From the IMG/VR virus record IMGVR_UViG_3300046794_000505, positions 21,777 through 85,776 of that record: 64,000 bases of DNA; one strand, written 5' to 3'. The position numbers and the translations under genes were made by a program. The stretch is from a virus. The notes below the pieces were generated by a model. It ran no database searches. It saw nothing but the letters and a program-made list of their open reading frames with translations, and had not been told where the DNA came from. Within the stretch, counting starts at the first letter, position 1; each line of letters starts with the position of its first letter. This document shows positions 9,185 to 17,359 of this stretch, piece by piece.

Positions 9185-9531
9185 TTCTCCAATCGTTCAG
9201 CCCAATCTGGCAGGTCAACAGTCTGACCGGCCAAGGCGTGAGTGCAGTCGCTCAGGAACTGGATGCGGCCGTCAGTGACGAACGAATGACAGATGGTTGG
9301 CGGATCACCCGGCTCATCGATAAACGTCGGATCGACAGCGGAACCGTGTTTGACCAGAACGCTAGGAGTGAAACTCGGCGCGTCGACATTATTGTTCCAA
9401 CCCCAACGCGGGCCAACTCCGGCACCGATCATGACGGTATGAGGCAAGTTGCACCCAGGACAAAAGAAAGTGATGTGCCCGTCATGGGCTGACGCCAGAA
9501 CACGGGATACGGCTACGAAGGCACTCACCAA
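9175..9531 (-). CDS. DUF6527-family protein
   Basis: 'FCPGC..PH....W.WN....PSFTPSVL...CHSFVTDGRIQFLSDCTHALAGQTVDLP'. Confidence 0.75.
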   Translation of the reverse strand: MVSAFVAVSRVLASAHDGHITFFCPGCNLPHTVMIGAGVGPRWGWNNNVDAPSFTPSVLVKHGSAVDPTFIDEPGDPPTICHSFVTDGRIQFLSDCTHALAGQTVDLPDWAERLEKWQ

Positions 9532-9764
9532 ACCACCTCCACGCCATCAGGCAGATGATGAGGTTGCGGGATCAATCGCGACCGGTTCAGATAATCCAGA
9601 ATCTGACGCATCGTATCGCGCTTGATACCTGGAAACCTGGCCAAGATGTCATCAAGTGACCAGTCGGCGAAATCCTGAAGTGCCCTGGCCTCGAGGACCT
9701 GCTCATCGGTCATGATGGGAGCACCTCCTTTCCCGGTCATGGTGTGTCGTGCGCTTTGTTTCAT
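9525..9764 (-). CDS. hypothetical, possible HTH-like protein
   Basis: 'MTDEQVLEAR' helix pattern; coupled. Confidence 0.5.
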   Translation of the reverse strand: MKQSARHTMTGKGGAPIMTDEQVLEARALQDFADWSLDDILARFPGIKRDTMRQILDYLNRSRLIPQPHHLPDGVEVVW

Positions 9765-9874
9765 TTCGCCACCTGCTCATGCCGTATCGCGCACGAACCA
9801 CCACGCGCCTCATCGTTCAGCTGCATGACGCCGAGGAGCAGCATCCCCGCGATTAAAATCGTCCACCAGTTCAT
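9761..9874 (-). CDS. small membrane peptide (37 aa)
   Basis: AGGAG SD; hydrophobic N-terminus; TGATG coupling. Confidence 0.45.
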   Translation of the reverse strand: MNWWTILIAGMLLLGVMQLNDEARGGSCAIRHEQVAK

Positions 9875-10038
9875 CAGCGTTGCTCCTTGTTGTTTTTGTG
9901 AAAGCAGATGTCGAGGCCGAGCAGGAAGACGCCCAAGCCGACGGTGATCCCGAGGCCGACATGCATGAGGCCGAATGCGAGGCCGGCGCCAACGGCGGGG
10001 ATAACGGCGAACAGTAGGCCGGCGAAAAAGTCGTTCAT
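9874..10038 (-). CDS. small 2-TM membrane protein (54 aa)
   Basis: MNDFFAGLLFAVIPAVGAGLAFGL...; GAGGA SD; fills the operon gap. Confidence 0.5.
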   Translation of the reverse strand: MNDFFAGLLFAVIPAVGAGLAFGLMHVGLGITVGLGVFLLGLDICFHKNNKEQR

Positions 10039-10040
10039 GG

Positions 10041-10280
10041 CTAATCCTCGGCGTACAAATTATGCAGTAACTGCCCAACTACTCCTGCCAGCTTGTAAAG
10101 CTCGTGGTTATTGCTCCAGCACGAATGAACACCATCACCTTCCTCCGTGTATGCCACCGCTACAGATCTGAGCTCACCACTTTTAGCTTTGGCCAGCAGC
10201 TCTTCAAGCAAATCGATTGAGTTCTGAACTGGTTCGCATTGATGATCTGGTGCGCCTGGAAATTTTTGTATATTCGTCAT
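10041..10280 (-). CDS. hypothetical protein
   Basis: 'LEELLAKAKSGELRSVAVA' phage motif; coupled. Confidence 0.6.
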   Translation of the reverse strand: MTNIQKFPGAPDHQCEPVQNSIDLLEELLAKAKSGELRSVAVAYTEEGDGVHSCWSNNHELYKLAGVVGQLLHNLYAED

Positions 10281-10942
10281 TGTTCACCCTCGCTGCGCAA
10301 CCGTCGAGCATGCGCGATCAGATGTTCTCTGATCTGTTTTTTGGTCAGGCCTTGGGGGAGTAAATAGCGCTCGCCAGCCAGAGCCTTTTCCATGCGCTCC
10401 ATGTCGAAGTTGATGGTTGGCTCGTGGTGCACCTGATCGGCATCACCCACCATCGCATCACGCCCGCGGGCGCTGATGGCCTGGGATTTCTCGCAGCTGA
10501 TGTTCATGATGGCGTCCACCATGGGAGGCGCTGACACGACTCGTTGGTTTTCCTGGCCGAGGGCCATAGCATCCATTTTTGGACACGGAAGTCCTGACAT
10601 TCCTGGATGGTGACCGCCGCATGCCAGGCAGCGGTTGCTGATATTGGCGTGCAACTTGAGAGCAGGCGACCTGCTATCGATCAACGCATCAGCTGCACAC
10701 TCGCAAGCGTCGATATCTGACGATTGATCGCGGATTGAGGCCAAGGCTTGGCGCAGGGCTGCGATTTCTGATTTCTGCTCAGCGATGAGCGCTGAGGCCG
10801 CACCGGCCAACTCTGCCGCAGAATTCCTGGCATCGCGATGACCTAACTTATAGGCCTCCACTTTATTCGCCAACAGGTCATATTCAAGTCCAGCCGGGAC
10901 TGGAATGCGCATGATCAGGCTTGATAGTGATAGAGCGCTCAT
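10277..10942 (-). CDS. hypothetical protein
   Basis: 'AYKLGHRDAR.SAAELA' phage motif; coupled. Confidence 0.55.
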   Translation of the reverse strand: MSALSLSSLIMRIPVPAGLEYDLLANKVEAYKLGHRDARNSAAELAGAASALIAEQKSEIAALRQALASIRDQSSDIDACECAADALIDSRSPALKLHANISNRCLACGGHHPGMSGLPCPKMDAMALGQENQRVVSAPPMVDAIMNISCEKSQAISARGRDAMVGDADQVHHEPTINFDMERMEKALAGERYLLPQGLTKKQIREHLIAHARRLRSEGEQ

Positions 10943-11085
10943 GACTTCACCTCACCCTTGGCGGGCACGCTATTGGCCATTTTCTGCCGTTTCTCTTCAC
11001 GCAGCTGCAGATAGATCCAGAGATAGGCCAAAGCCATCCCCAGCCATGCGCAAGCCCATCTCCATTTGATCAGCAAGGCGATCAT
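10939..11085 (-). CDS. small membrane protein (48 aa)
   Basis: AGGAGG SD; ATGA overlaps at both ends. Confidence 0.5.
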   Translation of the reverse strand: MIALLIKWRWACAWLGMALAYLWIYLQLREEKRQKMANSVPAKGEVKS

Positions 11086-11561
11086 GACTGCGCCTCCTTG
11101 CTGATGGACATATCAATCAGCCAGTCGATTTCTTCCATGCTTTCGGCTGATGAAAAATCAATCTCATCCTTGGAGTTTCGTAGGAACCGATACCGGCGCG
11201 CCTCTGCGGCCAGGACCTCAAGAGCTCTACTTGCGACTTCGGCCTGTCCGCGGAGTTCTTCGACTTCTGCCTTGAGCTGTTCGGTTTCGCCGAACAACTG
11301 GTCGCGCTCGGCGATCAGGGCCAGGAGTTTGGGAAGTGCATTCACCGCAGCAACGGCCAACCAGGAATCGCGCTTATAGCTGAAGTGTGCCCACGGCTCT
11401 TCTTTGGTCCACGGCTTACCGATCTGGAAGACTTCAATCGGCTCGCAGATGCCACCCATACTTTGCGCAGTCTCGGCCCAATGGCCTGGCTTGTGTTCGG
11501 CCTGCTCGATAGCGCGACTCAGCGCCTCAGCCAGCCTCTTCAGTTCGCTATGGTCGGTCAT
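11082..11561 (-). CDS. Ead/Ea22-like phage protein
   Basis: 'MTDHSELKRLAEA...AAVNALPKLLALIAERDQL...EARRYRFLR'. Confidence 0.6.
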   Translation of the reverse strand: MTDHSELKRLAEALSRAIEQAEHKPGHWAETAQSMGGICEPIEVFQIGKPWTKEEPWAHFSYKRDSWLAVAAVNALPKLLALIAERDQLFGETEQLKAEVEELRGQAEVASRALEVLAAEARRYRFLRNSKDEIDFSSAESMEEIDWLIDMSISKEAQS

Positions 11562-11722
11562 TTGCATTGCTCTAGCGCTACTGAAAGGCCATCCATTTTC
11601 GATATTACCGCTACGCACAAGATCGTCATTTTCCTAGAGCTTTCAGCAACAACCCAGATTGACCCAAAGACGAAGACGATCAAAAAAATCGCAAATAGAA
11701 AATCTTTAACTGATTTCATCAT
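11558..11722 (-). CDS. small membrane protein (54 aa)
   Basis: MMKSVKDFLFAIFLIVFVFGSIWVVA; GAGGA SD; ATGA coupling. Confidence 0.5.
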   Translation of the reverse strand: MMKSVKDFLFAIFLIVFVFGSIWVVAESSRKMTILCVAVISKMDGLSVALEQCK

Positions 11723-11740
11723 TCAGATCCTCGCTGCTAA

Positions 11741-11989
11741 TCATGACTTCTGCTCCTCTCGCCGCACCAGTTCGATCAGGCCGTCAGGTGTTTCGGTGAT
11801 ACGAATCCCCTGCGGGAGAACTCGCCGCAGCTCGGCCATGGTCGAGACCTTACTCGGCTCCGTCGCCAGATAGTTCTGCAGTTCGGCGCGCAGGGCGGCC
11901 TCGCGGCTCAGCGCCCGCCAGTAACGCCAGATCAGTAACGCCTGAGACACCAAGAGTGGAACCACATACACCATCTGATCATTGCTCAT
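11741..11989 (-). CDS. hypothetical membrane-anchored protein
   Basis: N-terminal hydrophobic stretch; operon context. Confidence 0.5.
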   Translation of the reverse strand: MSNDQMVYVVPLLVSQALLIWRYWRALSREAALRAELQNYLATEPSKVSTMAELRRVLPQGIRITETPDGLIELVRREEQKS

Positions 11990-12215
11990 GCTGTTCCCCA
12001 TGCTGGCCGACGATATCGCCGAGCTCAAGTTCGAAAGAGATCTTTTCAAGCGAGGTATCCATCGCTTGGATGATGCTGATCACCGGCATCCCGGCCTCGT
12101 TGATTTCTACGCTGCAGTCGTAGCCATCGCGCTTGAGGGCATCGACCAGGTGGATTGCCATGCGGCGAGTTTCGGCGGAACGGTTTTTCGGCGGCGTGAT
12201 GGCGGTGACGGTCAT
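11979..12215 (-). CDS. hypothetical protein
   Basis: Coupled ORF. Confidence 0.5.
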   Translation of the reverse strand: MTVTAITPPKNRSAETRRMAIHLVDALKRDGYDCSVEINEAGMPVISIIQAMDTSLEKISFELELGDIVGQHGEQHEQ

Positions 12216-12574
12216 GATTTCAGCGCTCGAAGGAAGGCGAAGACCAGGCGATCAGACTCTTTGGGGTCTAGGCCAAGTCCATGCGAGAACTGCTCGTAGT
12301 AGGCCTCAAGGATTGCCGAATGTTTTTCGTTATAAGCACGGACCGTCAGCAGGAACTGATTTTCCAGATGGTAAGTGAAGCTGCCAAGGATCAGGATCCG
12401 CTCAATGCCCGGCCCTAAAGCTGGAGCACCTCCCTGATATGGCGTGTAGTTCGGGTCTCTCGCCACATCGAATTCATACCCGCCGCGCCGATGGAAACAA
12501 CTCTCGGCATACACACCCACCTCAACGATGGCGATCAGCCTGGACCCGTCCGAAGAACTCAGGAGCGCCTTCAT
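12212..12574 (-). CDS. hypothetical protein
   Basis: Coupled ORF, GGAGG SD. Confidence 0.55.
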   Translation of the reverse strand: MKALLSSSDGSRLIAIVEVGVYAESCFHRRGGYEFDVARDPNYTPYQGGAPALGPGIERILILGSFTYHLENQFLLTVRAYNEKHSAILEAYYEQFSHGLGLDPKESDRLVFAFLRALKS

Positions 12575-12795
12575 TCGGCATGCCCTCCGCTGATCAGCTG
12601 ATTACCAACAGACACCTTCAGCAGATCCAAAACGGCCAGCACGTCAGAAACTCGCATCCCGATGCTGGTGACATAGATCTTCGCGGCCAGCACCCCGCGC
12701 AGCTCATCCATCCGCTCCGTTCGCTCGATCTGCTTCAGCTCCGCATCTTCGCGGGACATCTTCGCTTGGGTGAAACTCAGGACTTGGCTCATCAC
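12571..12795 (-). CDS. hypothetical protein
   Basis: Coupled ORF. Confidence 0.5.
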   Translation of the reverse strand: MMSQVLSFTQAKMSREDAELKQIERTERMDELRGVLAAKIYVTSIGMRVSDVLAVLDLLKVSVGNQLISGGHAE

Positions 12796-13391
12796 AACCT
12801 CGCTTCAAAGGTCATACCGATTTCGGAGTTGAGTTTTTTCAGGCGTTCCATGATACGCATGGCAACTTCGGGTGATTCTTGAGAAATTTCGGCCAGGACC
12901 GAATCGTAAAAGCTTTGCATTCGCCTCAAATCCCATACTTCCTGCATCGCCTTCAGCGCCGTCTCCAGCAATTTCTGCCGTAGCGAAACCGACTGCGTTA
13001 GATATTTCGGCAGCTTGATGCGACCCGTCTTGGTATCCATTGAGAATTGTCTCAGTGTCTCAGCGTCAGCGTACAAATCCTCAAGCCGCTGCATGAAATC
13101 CATGTTGCCTGAAGCGCGCGGCCGGCCGACATAATCCGGTGACGGTGCAGCCGGCAAATGCTCGCCAATCTCAAGCGCTATCGCGGCTGACTCGGTCAAG
13201 CGCTGGGTTTTTTGGTCGACGTGGCCAACCAATTCCTTGCAGGAGTGGATCCAGCGATACCAGGACGCAATGGGAACTCCGTGATATTTTTCTCGGAGTT
13301 TCTTGAGACCTTTCTCATTTCCTTCGGCTAAAAGCTTGGCAATCTCAGTAAACGCCTGTAGTCGAAGCTGCTCTCTGTTCGTAACGGCCAT
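12792..13391 (-). CDS. candidate terminase small subunit
   Basis: N-terminal HTH-like 'GVPIASWYRW', helical body; same strand upstream of TerL and next to a phage metallopeptidase. Confidence 0.4.
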   Translation of the reverse strand: MAVTNREQLRLQAFTEIAKLLAEGNEKGLKKLREKYHGVPIASWYRWIHSCKELVGHVDQKTQRLTESAAIALEIGEHLPAAPSPDYVGRPRASGNMDFMQRLEDLYADAETLRQFSMDTKTGRIKLPKYLTQSVSLRQKLLETALKAMQEVWDLRRMQSFYDSVLAEISQESPEVAMRIMERLKKLNSEIGMTFEARL

Positions 13392-13436
13392 TTATCGCAT
13401 TCCGGCAGTTGAAATTTACATTACCAGATACAACTA

Positions 13437-13970
13437 TCACTCATCAAGAGTGTTATGTCCAGTAGCTGCATCGACAAAAGCCTGGATATCTGACCGATAA
13501 GCGCCGTACCTATGCACGGTGGCGATAAATTCCTCAACGTCGTGCCCACGGAGTGCCCAGCGCGCTTTGCCCGTTTCCTCGTCCTGCATCGGTTCGCCGT
13601 CGGCGTTGAACTTGAGCTGCATGTGACAGGTTTCGTGATAAATGAGAATTTCTTTCATTAACGGCGTGTAGCTCTCCCACAGCTCGTTGTCGAGCGTCAC
13701 CAGAAAGTCCGGCACCCTCCCGAACATCTCCTCGAGCATCCACACGAAGAAGTTCTTCAGCATCCCTTGGACCTTCGGCAGGTGACATTGCCCCTCGACC
13801 ATCCGTCCACCCATCACCAGCGAATCGGTGCGCATCAGGAACTCGACGTCGACCTCCCAGGTCTTCAGGAATTCAAGCTCCTCACACGAGTTGATCAACC
13901 GCTTGAAAATCGCGGCTGGCTGGTCATCGCCAGGCTCTGGACGCTTGTACATGCCAATGGACTCGCTCAA
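13437..13970 (-). CDS. putative phage metallopeptidase
   Basis: 'PDFLVTLD..W......EILIYHETCH...LRGHDVEEF..TVHRYG' HExxH motif. Confidence 0.8.
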   Translation of the reverse strand: MSESIGMYKRPEPGDDQPAAIFKRLINSCEELEFLKTWEVDVEFLMRTDSLVMGGRMVEGQCHLPKVQGMLKNFFVWMLEEMFGRVPDFLVTLDNELWESYTPLMKEILIYHETCHMQLKFNADGEPMQDEETGKARWALRGHDVEEFIATVHRYGAYRSDIQAFVDAATGHNTLDE

Positions 13971-14218
13971 TTTTGTTCCACCACGATGGTTCCGGGGAAG
14001 CTGGCGTCACGTTTGGAATTCACCACACAGCGAAGCCTGGCATCCCTTCCTGACTTCATCGTCGCTCCGCAGGCGCACAGATACCGATAACCGTCCTGCG
14101 CGTCTCCTGCGCTCTCTGGCGAGCTTTGACCGCAGTTAGAGCACTCGTACCGTTTCCCGTCGAACAGGATCCGTCCCAAGCAGTTTCGGCAGCAGTGGTC
14201 AGTCAGCTGGTAGGTCAT
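13967..14218 (-). CDS. zinc-finger-like hypothetical protein
   Basis: HCCRNC...CSNCG...CACG. Confidence 0.6.
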   Translation of the reverse strand: MTYQLTDHCCRNCLGRILFDGKRYECSNCGQSSPESAGDAQDGYRYLCACGATMKSGRDARLRCVVNSKRDASFPGTIVVEQN

Positions 14219-14219
14219 G

Positions 14220-14780
14220 TCAGAACAGGCTCAGTTGGATGGCTGAAGGGCGAACACGGCCACGAAACCCGACGATGGCTCGGTCCTTGGATCGTTTGGC
14301 AGCGGCCAGGATGACTTCGAGCATCCCGGTGGCGATGAATTGCTGGAGTTTGGCGCGGCGTTTGCCGTCTCGAACGAGGGCCTGCATGGGGTACACGACG
14401 GCGCAGTGGATGGGCTTGGTGCCTTTGGCGTTTCGGCCCTTGAGGACTTCGTATTCCCGATTTTTGCAGCTGATGCAAACGCTGGCACCGATCAGCCGTC
14501 GCCCCGTATTCCCGCATCGGACGCACTCGGTCGATTCCTGAAACTTGGTCCTTGGCACGAAGTCATCGATCCCGGCGTGCATGGCACCGGTGGGGCAGTT
14601 GCGGCAGTAGTGGCGGGTATCCCGTTCCTCGTCCTGCCGAGCGTACCGGGCGACGGTGAACTGACTGGCACAGGCGGTCGCAGAGAGGGTGGCATTGCCC
14701 GGCATTCGTGGACAGACGAAGTACTTCCCTGGTGCCCCGGGGATTTCGATGTACTCGATCGGCTCGCTGGTCTGGGTCAT
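14220..14780 (-). CDS. multi-CxxC zinc-finger protein, possible regulator
   Basis: C..C, CRNC, CVRC, CISC motifs; basic C-terminal half. Confidence 0.6.
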   Translation of the reverse strand: MTQTSEPIEYIEIPGAPGKYFVCPRMPGNATLSATACASQFTVARYARQDEERDTRHYCRNCPTGAMHAGIDDFVPRTKFQESTECVRCGNTGRRLIGASVCISCKNREYEVLKGRNAKGTKPIHCAVVYPMQALVRDGKRRAKLQQFIATGMLEVILAAAKRSKDRAIVGFRGRVRPSAIQLSLF

Positions 14781-14889
14781 GAGGTCTTGTCGTGATTGGA
14801 TCCGCTGGCGTCGAGTGTAAAGGTTTTGAGCCTAAAAACTAGGGGTTTGCGGGTTAAGGCGTCAAAAATTGGTCCTTGAACGTCAAAAA

Positions 14890-15150
14890 AAACCGTTATC
14901 GCCTCGTTATGCCAAAGTGTTAGCTATGAAACCCAATGGAATCAGGGCTTTATATAATAATAATAACATTTTTAACTTTATAATAATAATATAGACCATA
15001 TAGGATTATTCCTCATATGGTGTAGTGTAGTGTAGGTATACCCATACACACACTACACTACAGTGTATTTTTATATAAAGGGGTCTATCTATCCTTACGC
15101 CTGCAATGCGTCTATATCGTTATGTTCCTATGTAAATCAACAACTTACCA
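14890..15150. other. AT-rich non-coding element, origin- or packaging-site-like
   Basis: Two 13-bp TATAATAATAATA direct repeats, two tandem inverted repeats, two IHF-consensus matches. Confidence 0.5.
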
Positions 15151-15305
15151 GAAAACATGGGAAAATCACCAAATTCCAAAGCGACCTAAACCCCAATAAA
15201 TGCTGAGCCTGGAACCCTTCAAGATACACACAGTGCTTCCATTGGCTGAGATTTATAGATTTTTAATTATCTGGTTTACTGAGTTTATTTTTTGTGATTT
15301 GATGA

Positions 15306-16157
15306 ATGATGCCATCAAAACCGAAAAAAGGACCAACCATGAGACCTACAGCTTCATCCCTCGCCGAAGCTCCATTTGCAATTCTGAACTGCCCTTTCGA
15401 CCCCGTTGCCGGAAAGCATTTCATGGATCACGTCCCTAAAGGGGACATCCCAGTCCTCGAAATTCAGACAATGCCCCCCATGCGGAGGATGCCAATCAAT
15501 GGTGATTCGCGCATCGCCGACCGAATTCGGAAGACATTTATTGCCGAAGCGGAGAGTTTTGGAGGCGATATTTACCTCCAGACCATGGGGAATATTGAAT
15601 TCAACGCGCAGCTGATGGTCTATAAATTACCCCTCGGATCCTACTTCCCAAGGGTCCGCGAATGGCTCTATAACGCCTTTGATTCGATGGATCCGGACAA
15701 GGTGTATTTCATTCAATTCACCTCCTATGACGCCATCCAGCTGGCGTTCAAGTTCGTCACGGACTGGGAGGAAGAACGCGGCGCGATCATGCGCCTGGGA
15801 GCCACCTATGAAGGCCGGATCTTGACCCTGCGGGCCTTTAAGCCACGAGTAAAAATGAATCAGTACGAAGCTGAGCGCATGATCAAGCTCGAAAGGAAAT
15901 CAGCGAAAATCGGTGCCGAGAAAGCCAAGGCGGCCAAGAAGCTGGAGAAGGCGCTGGCTGGCCCCACCGTAAAATCTGGCAAGCCCTACCACACGCTGCA
16001 GGCTGGCGAATCAATCACTCTCTACCCTGATACCGGGGCCTTCAGTACGATTTTGAACCTGCGGAATGTGGTCTACCGATACGGGACCATGACCTCCAAA
16101 AAATTCTCCATCTCCAGGAATGAAGATGGTTCAGCCACCATAAAGAGGACGCTTTAA
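15306..16157 (+). CDS. hypothetical protein with C-terminal small putative DNA-binding domain
   Basis: Long ORF (start may be 15340); C-terminal domain recurs twice in the next gene. Confidence 0.6.
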   Translation: MMPSKPKKGPTMRPTASSLAEAPFAILNCPFDPVAGKHFMDHVPKGDIPVLEIQTMPPMRRMPINGDSRIADRIRKTFIAEAESFGGDIYLQTMGNIEFNAQLMVYKLPLGSYFPRVREWLYNAFDSMDPDKVYFIQFTSYDAIQLAFKFVTDWEEERGAIMRLGATYEGRILTLRAFKPRVKMNQYEAERMIKLERKSAKIGAEKAKAAKKLEKALAGPTVKSGKPYHTLQAGESITLYPDTGAFSTILNLRNVVYRYGTMTSKKFSISRNEDGSATIKRTL

Positions 16158-16541
16158 ATGCCCATTGGAATTGAGGCCGAAAACATCATAGCCACCATGA
16201 ACATTGGCGAAACGATGACTCTAGCTATTCCTGATTGGATTCGCCCACTCGGATTTCGCGATGAGGCTATAGCCTACGCATTAAGCCTAGGGAAGAATTT
16301 TTCAGCCATAGTGGATAGCTTGGACCGCACAATGACGGTAACCCGGCTTACCGACATCGGGCGCCTGAGGAAGCCAAGCTATCACGCATTGAAAGTTGGG
16401 GAGCATGCCTATTCTTACCCCGCCGATTATGGAAGCTTCGCTTCCTTCTCCGAAATCGTCAGCCGCTACGCCAAGCACATGGGTTGGGTCTTGGAGGTAT
16501 CAACCACCAAAACAGGCGCCAAAGTCACTCGTATCTCGTAA
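16158..16541 (+). CDS. hypothetical protein made of two tandem small domains
   Basis: 'MNIGETM...VTRL' and 'LKVGEH...VTRI' repeats; GAGGA SD. Confidence 0.6.
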   Translation: MPIGIEAENIIATMNIGETMTLAIPDWIRPLGFRDEAIAYALSLGKNFSAIVDSLDRTMTVTRLTDIGRLRKPSYHALKVGEHAYSYPADYGSFASFSEIVSRYAKHMGWVLEVSTTKTGAKVTRIS

Positions 16542-16562
16542 TGGGAAATGCGTGGCCGACCC

Positions 16563-16596
16563 AAAATAAAAAAACCGCCTGGGCGAGAGGCGGTTA
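16563..16596 (-). terminator. rho-independent terminator
   Basis: AACCGCCT-CTCGCCC-AGGCGGTT plus T run. Confidence 0.75.
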
Positions 16597-16629
16597 AGGT
16601 ACAGCGGGTCCTGGCGTTCCTGCCAGCGT
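16567..16629 (-). ncRNA. candidate small RNA with AGGA-loop hairpin (Rsm/Csr-like)
   Basis: Lies between a late-promoter motif and a terminator; CUGGC-AGGAAC-GCCAG hairpin. Confidence 0.3.
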
Positions 16630-16635
16630 GGTCAC

Positions 16636-16651
16636 ACCGTAGCGTCACGAG
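16636..16651 (-). promoter_or_regulatory. putative late promoter element CTCGTGAC-GC-TACGGT
   Basis: Motif copy overlapping the stop of 16645-16974. Confidence 0.45.
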
Positions 16652-16974
16652 GTGGCCACGTCCGGCCCGGGGGTCTGGGGGAGCATCTGAACCCAGTGCT
16701 TTTTATTCGTTTCGTCCCGCTCCCATCGCCAACCTGCGCCGTGCAGCATTTTCATTTCTGCTTTGATCAGCTCGTGGAACTCTTCGTGGTACCCCTCACG
16801 CATCGCGCGCAGCCGGAACACTTTCTCATTCTTTAGGATGTCCCGCGCGGCCCGCCACACCTTGTCGGCGACCAGACGCCAGGCGGCGCGCTTGCACTCA
16901 GGCGGGAAGTCCTTCACTGGCAGACGCCCCGCCCAGCACTCATCGGCGACCTTTACCGGATCAGCGACGATCAT
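16645..16974 (-). CDS. hypothetical protein
   Basis: AGGAGG SD. Confidence 0.55.
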   Translation of the reverse strand: MIVADPVKVADECWAGRLPVKDFPPECKRAAWRLVADKVWRAARDILKNEKVFRLRAMREGYHEEFHELIKAEMKMLHGAGWRWERDETNKKHWVQMLPQTPGPDVATS

Positions 16975-17359
16975 TGATCACCTCCTTGAGCAGTCGCTGC
17001 AGCGTTCTCAGCCTGGCGCGAGCGACTTCATCACCAACCTCCTTGATCGCGGCACCCATCAGCGCTTCTGCCTTGGCCAATTGCTTAACGGCCTTTTCAT
17101 AGGCAGTTTTCGGCCGATAACCAGTCAGCGGATTGCGCTCAGCCAGGAGGTTCCAGTAATTGTCTTTGCAGTTGTCGCTGCCGCTATTCGAGCAAAACAC
17201 CGTGTTGTAGCGATTCTTGATGAGTTTGCTCTGGCAGACAGGGCAGCACACTTCAGCGCCGATCGAAGCCGCCTTGACGACCTCATAGCATGCCCTGGCA
17301 TCTGCCGCGCTGCGCGGCTCCGTCTGCATGACATTCGAATCCATGATTGCCTCCATCAC
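16961..17359 (-). CDS. zinc-finger-like hypothetical protein
   Basis: CPVC...FCS.....CKD.YWN. Confidence 0.6.
   Translation of the reverse strand: MMEAIMDSNVMQTEPRSAADARACYEVVKAASIGAEVCCPVCQSKLIKNRYNTVFCSNSGSDNCKDNYWNLLAERNPLTGYRPKTAYEKAVKQLAKAEALMGAAIKEVGDEVARARLRTLQRLLKEVINDRR

Noticed and set aside
9175-9531. Metabolic enzyme (this family is sometimes labelled ammonia monooxygenase)
   Set aside because: Small soluble Cys/His protein with no membrane monooxygenase features.
14789-14804. GTCGTGAT as another late promoter copy
   Set aside because: The following hexamer GATCCG lacks the conserved final T and it faces away from the adjacent gene. Other intragenic TCGTG hits without the hexamer were also excluded.
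14859-14892. CGTCAAAAA repeats (also near 30199) as origin iterons
   Set aside because: They read TTTTTGACG on the minus strand, which fits -35 boxes of leftward promoters.
14996-15062. Possible protelomerase (telRL) site of a linear plasmid prophage
   Set aside because: The inverted repeats have long asymmetric spacers rather than one continuous palindrome, and no protelomerase is visible.
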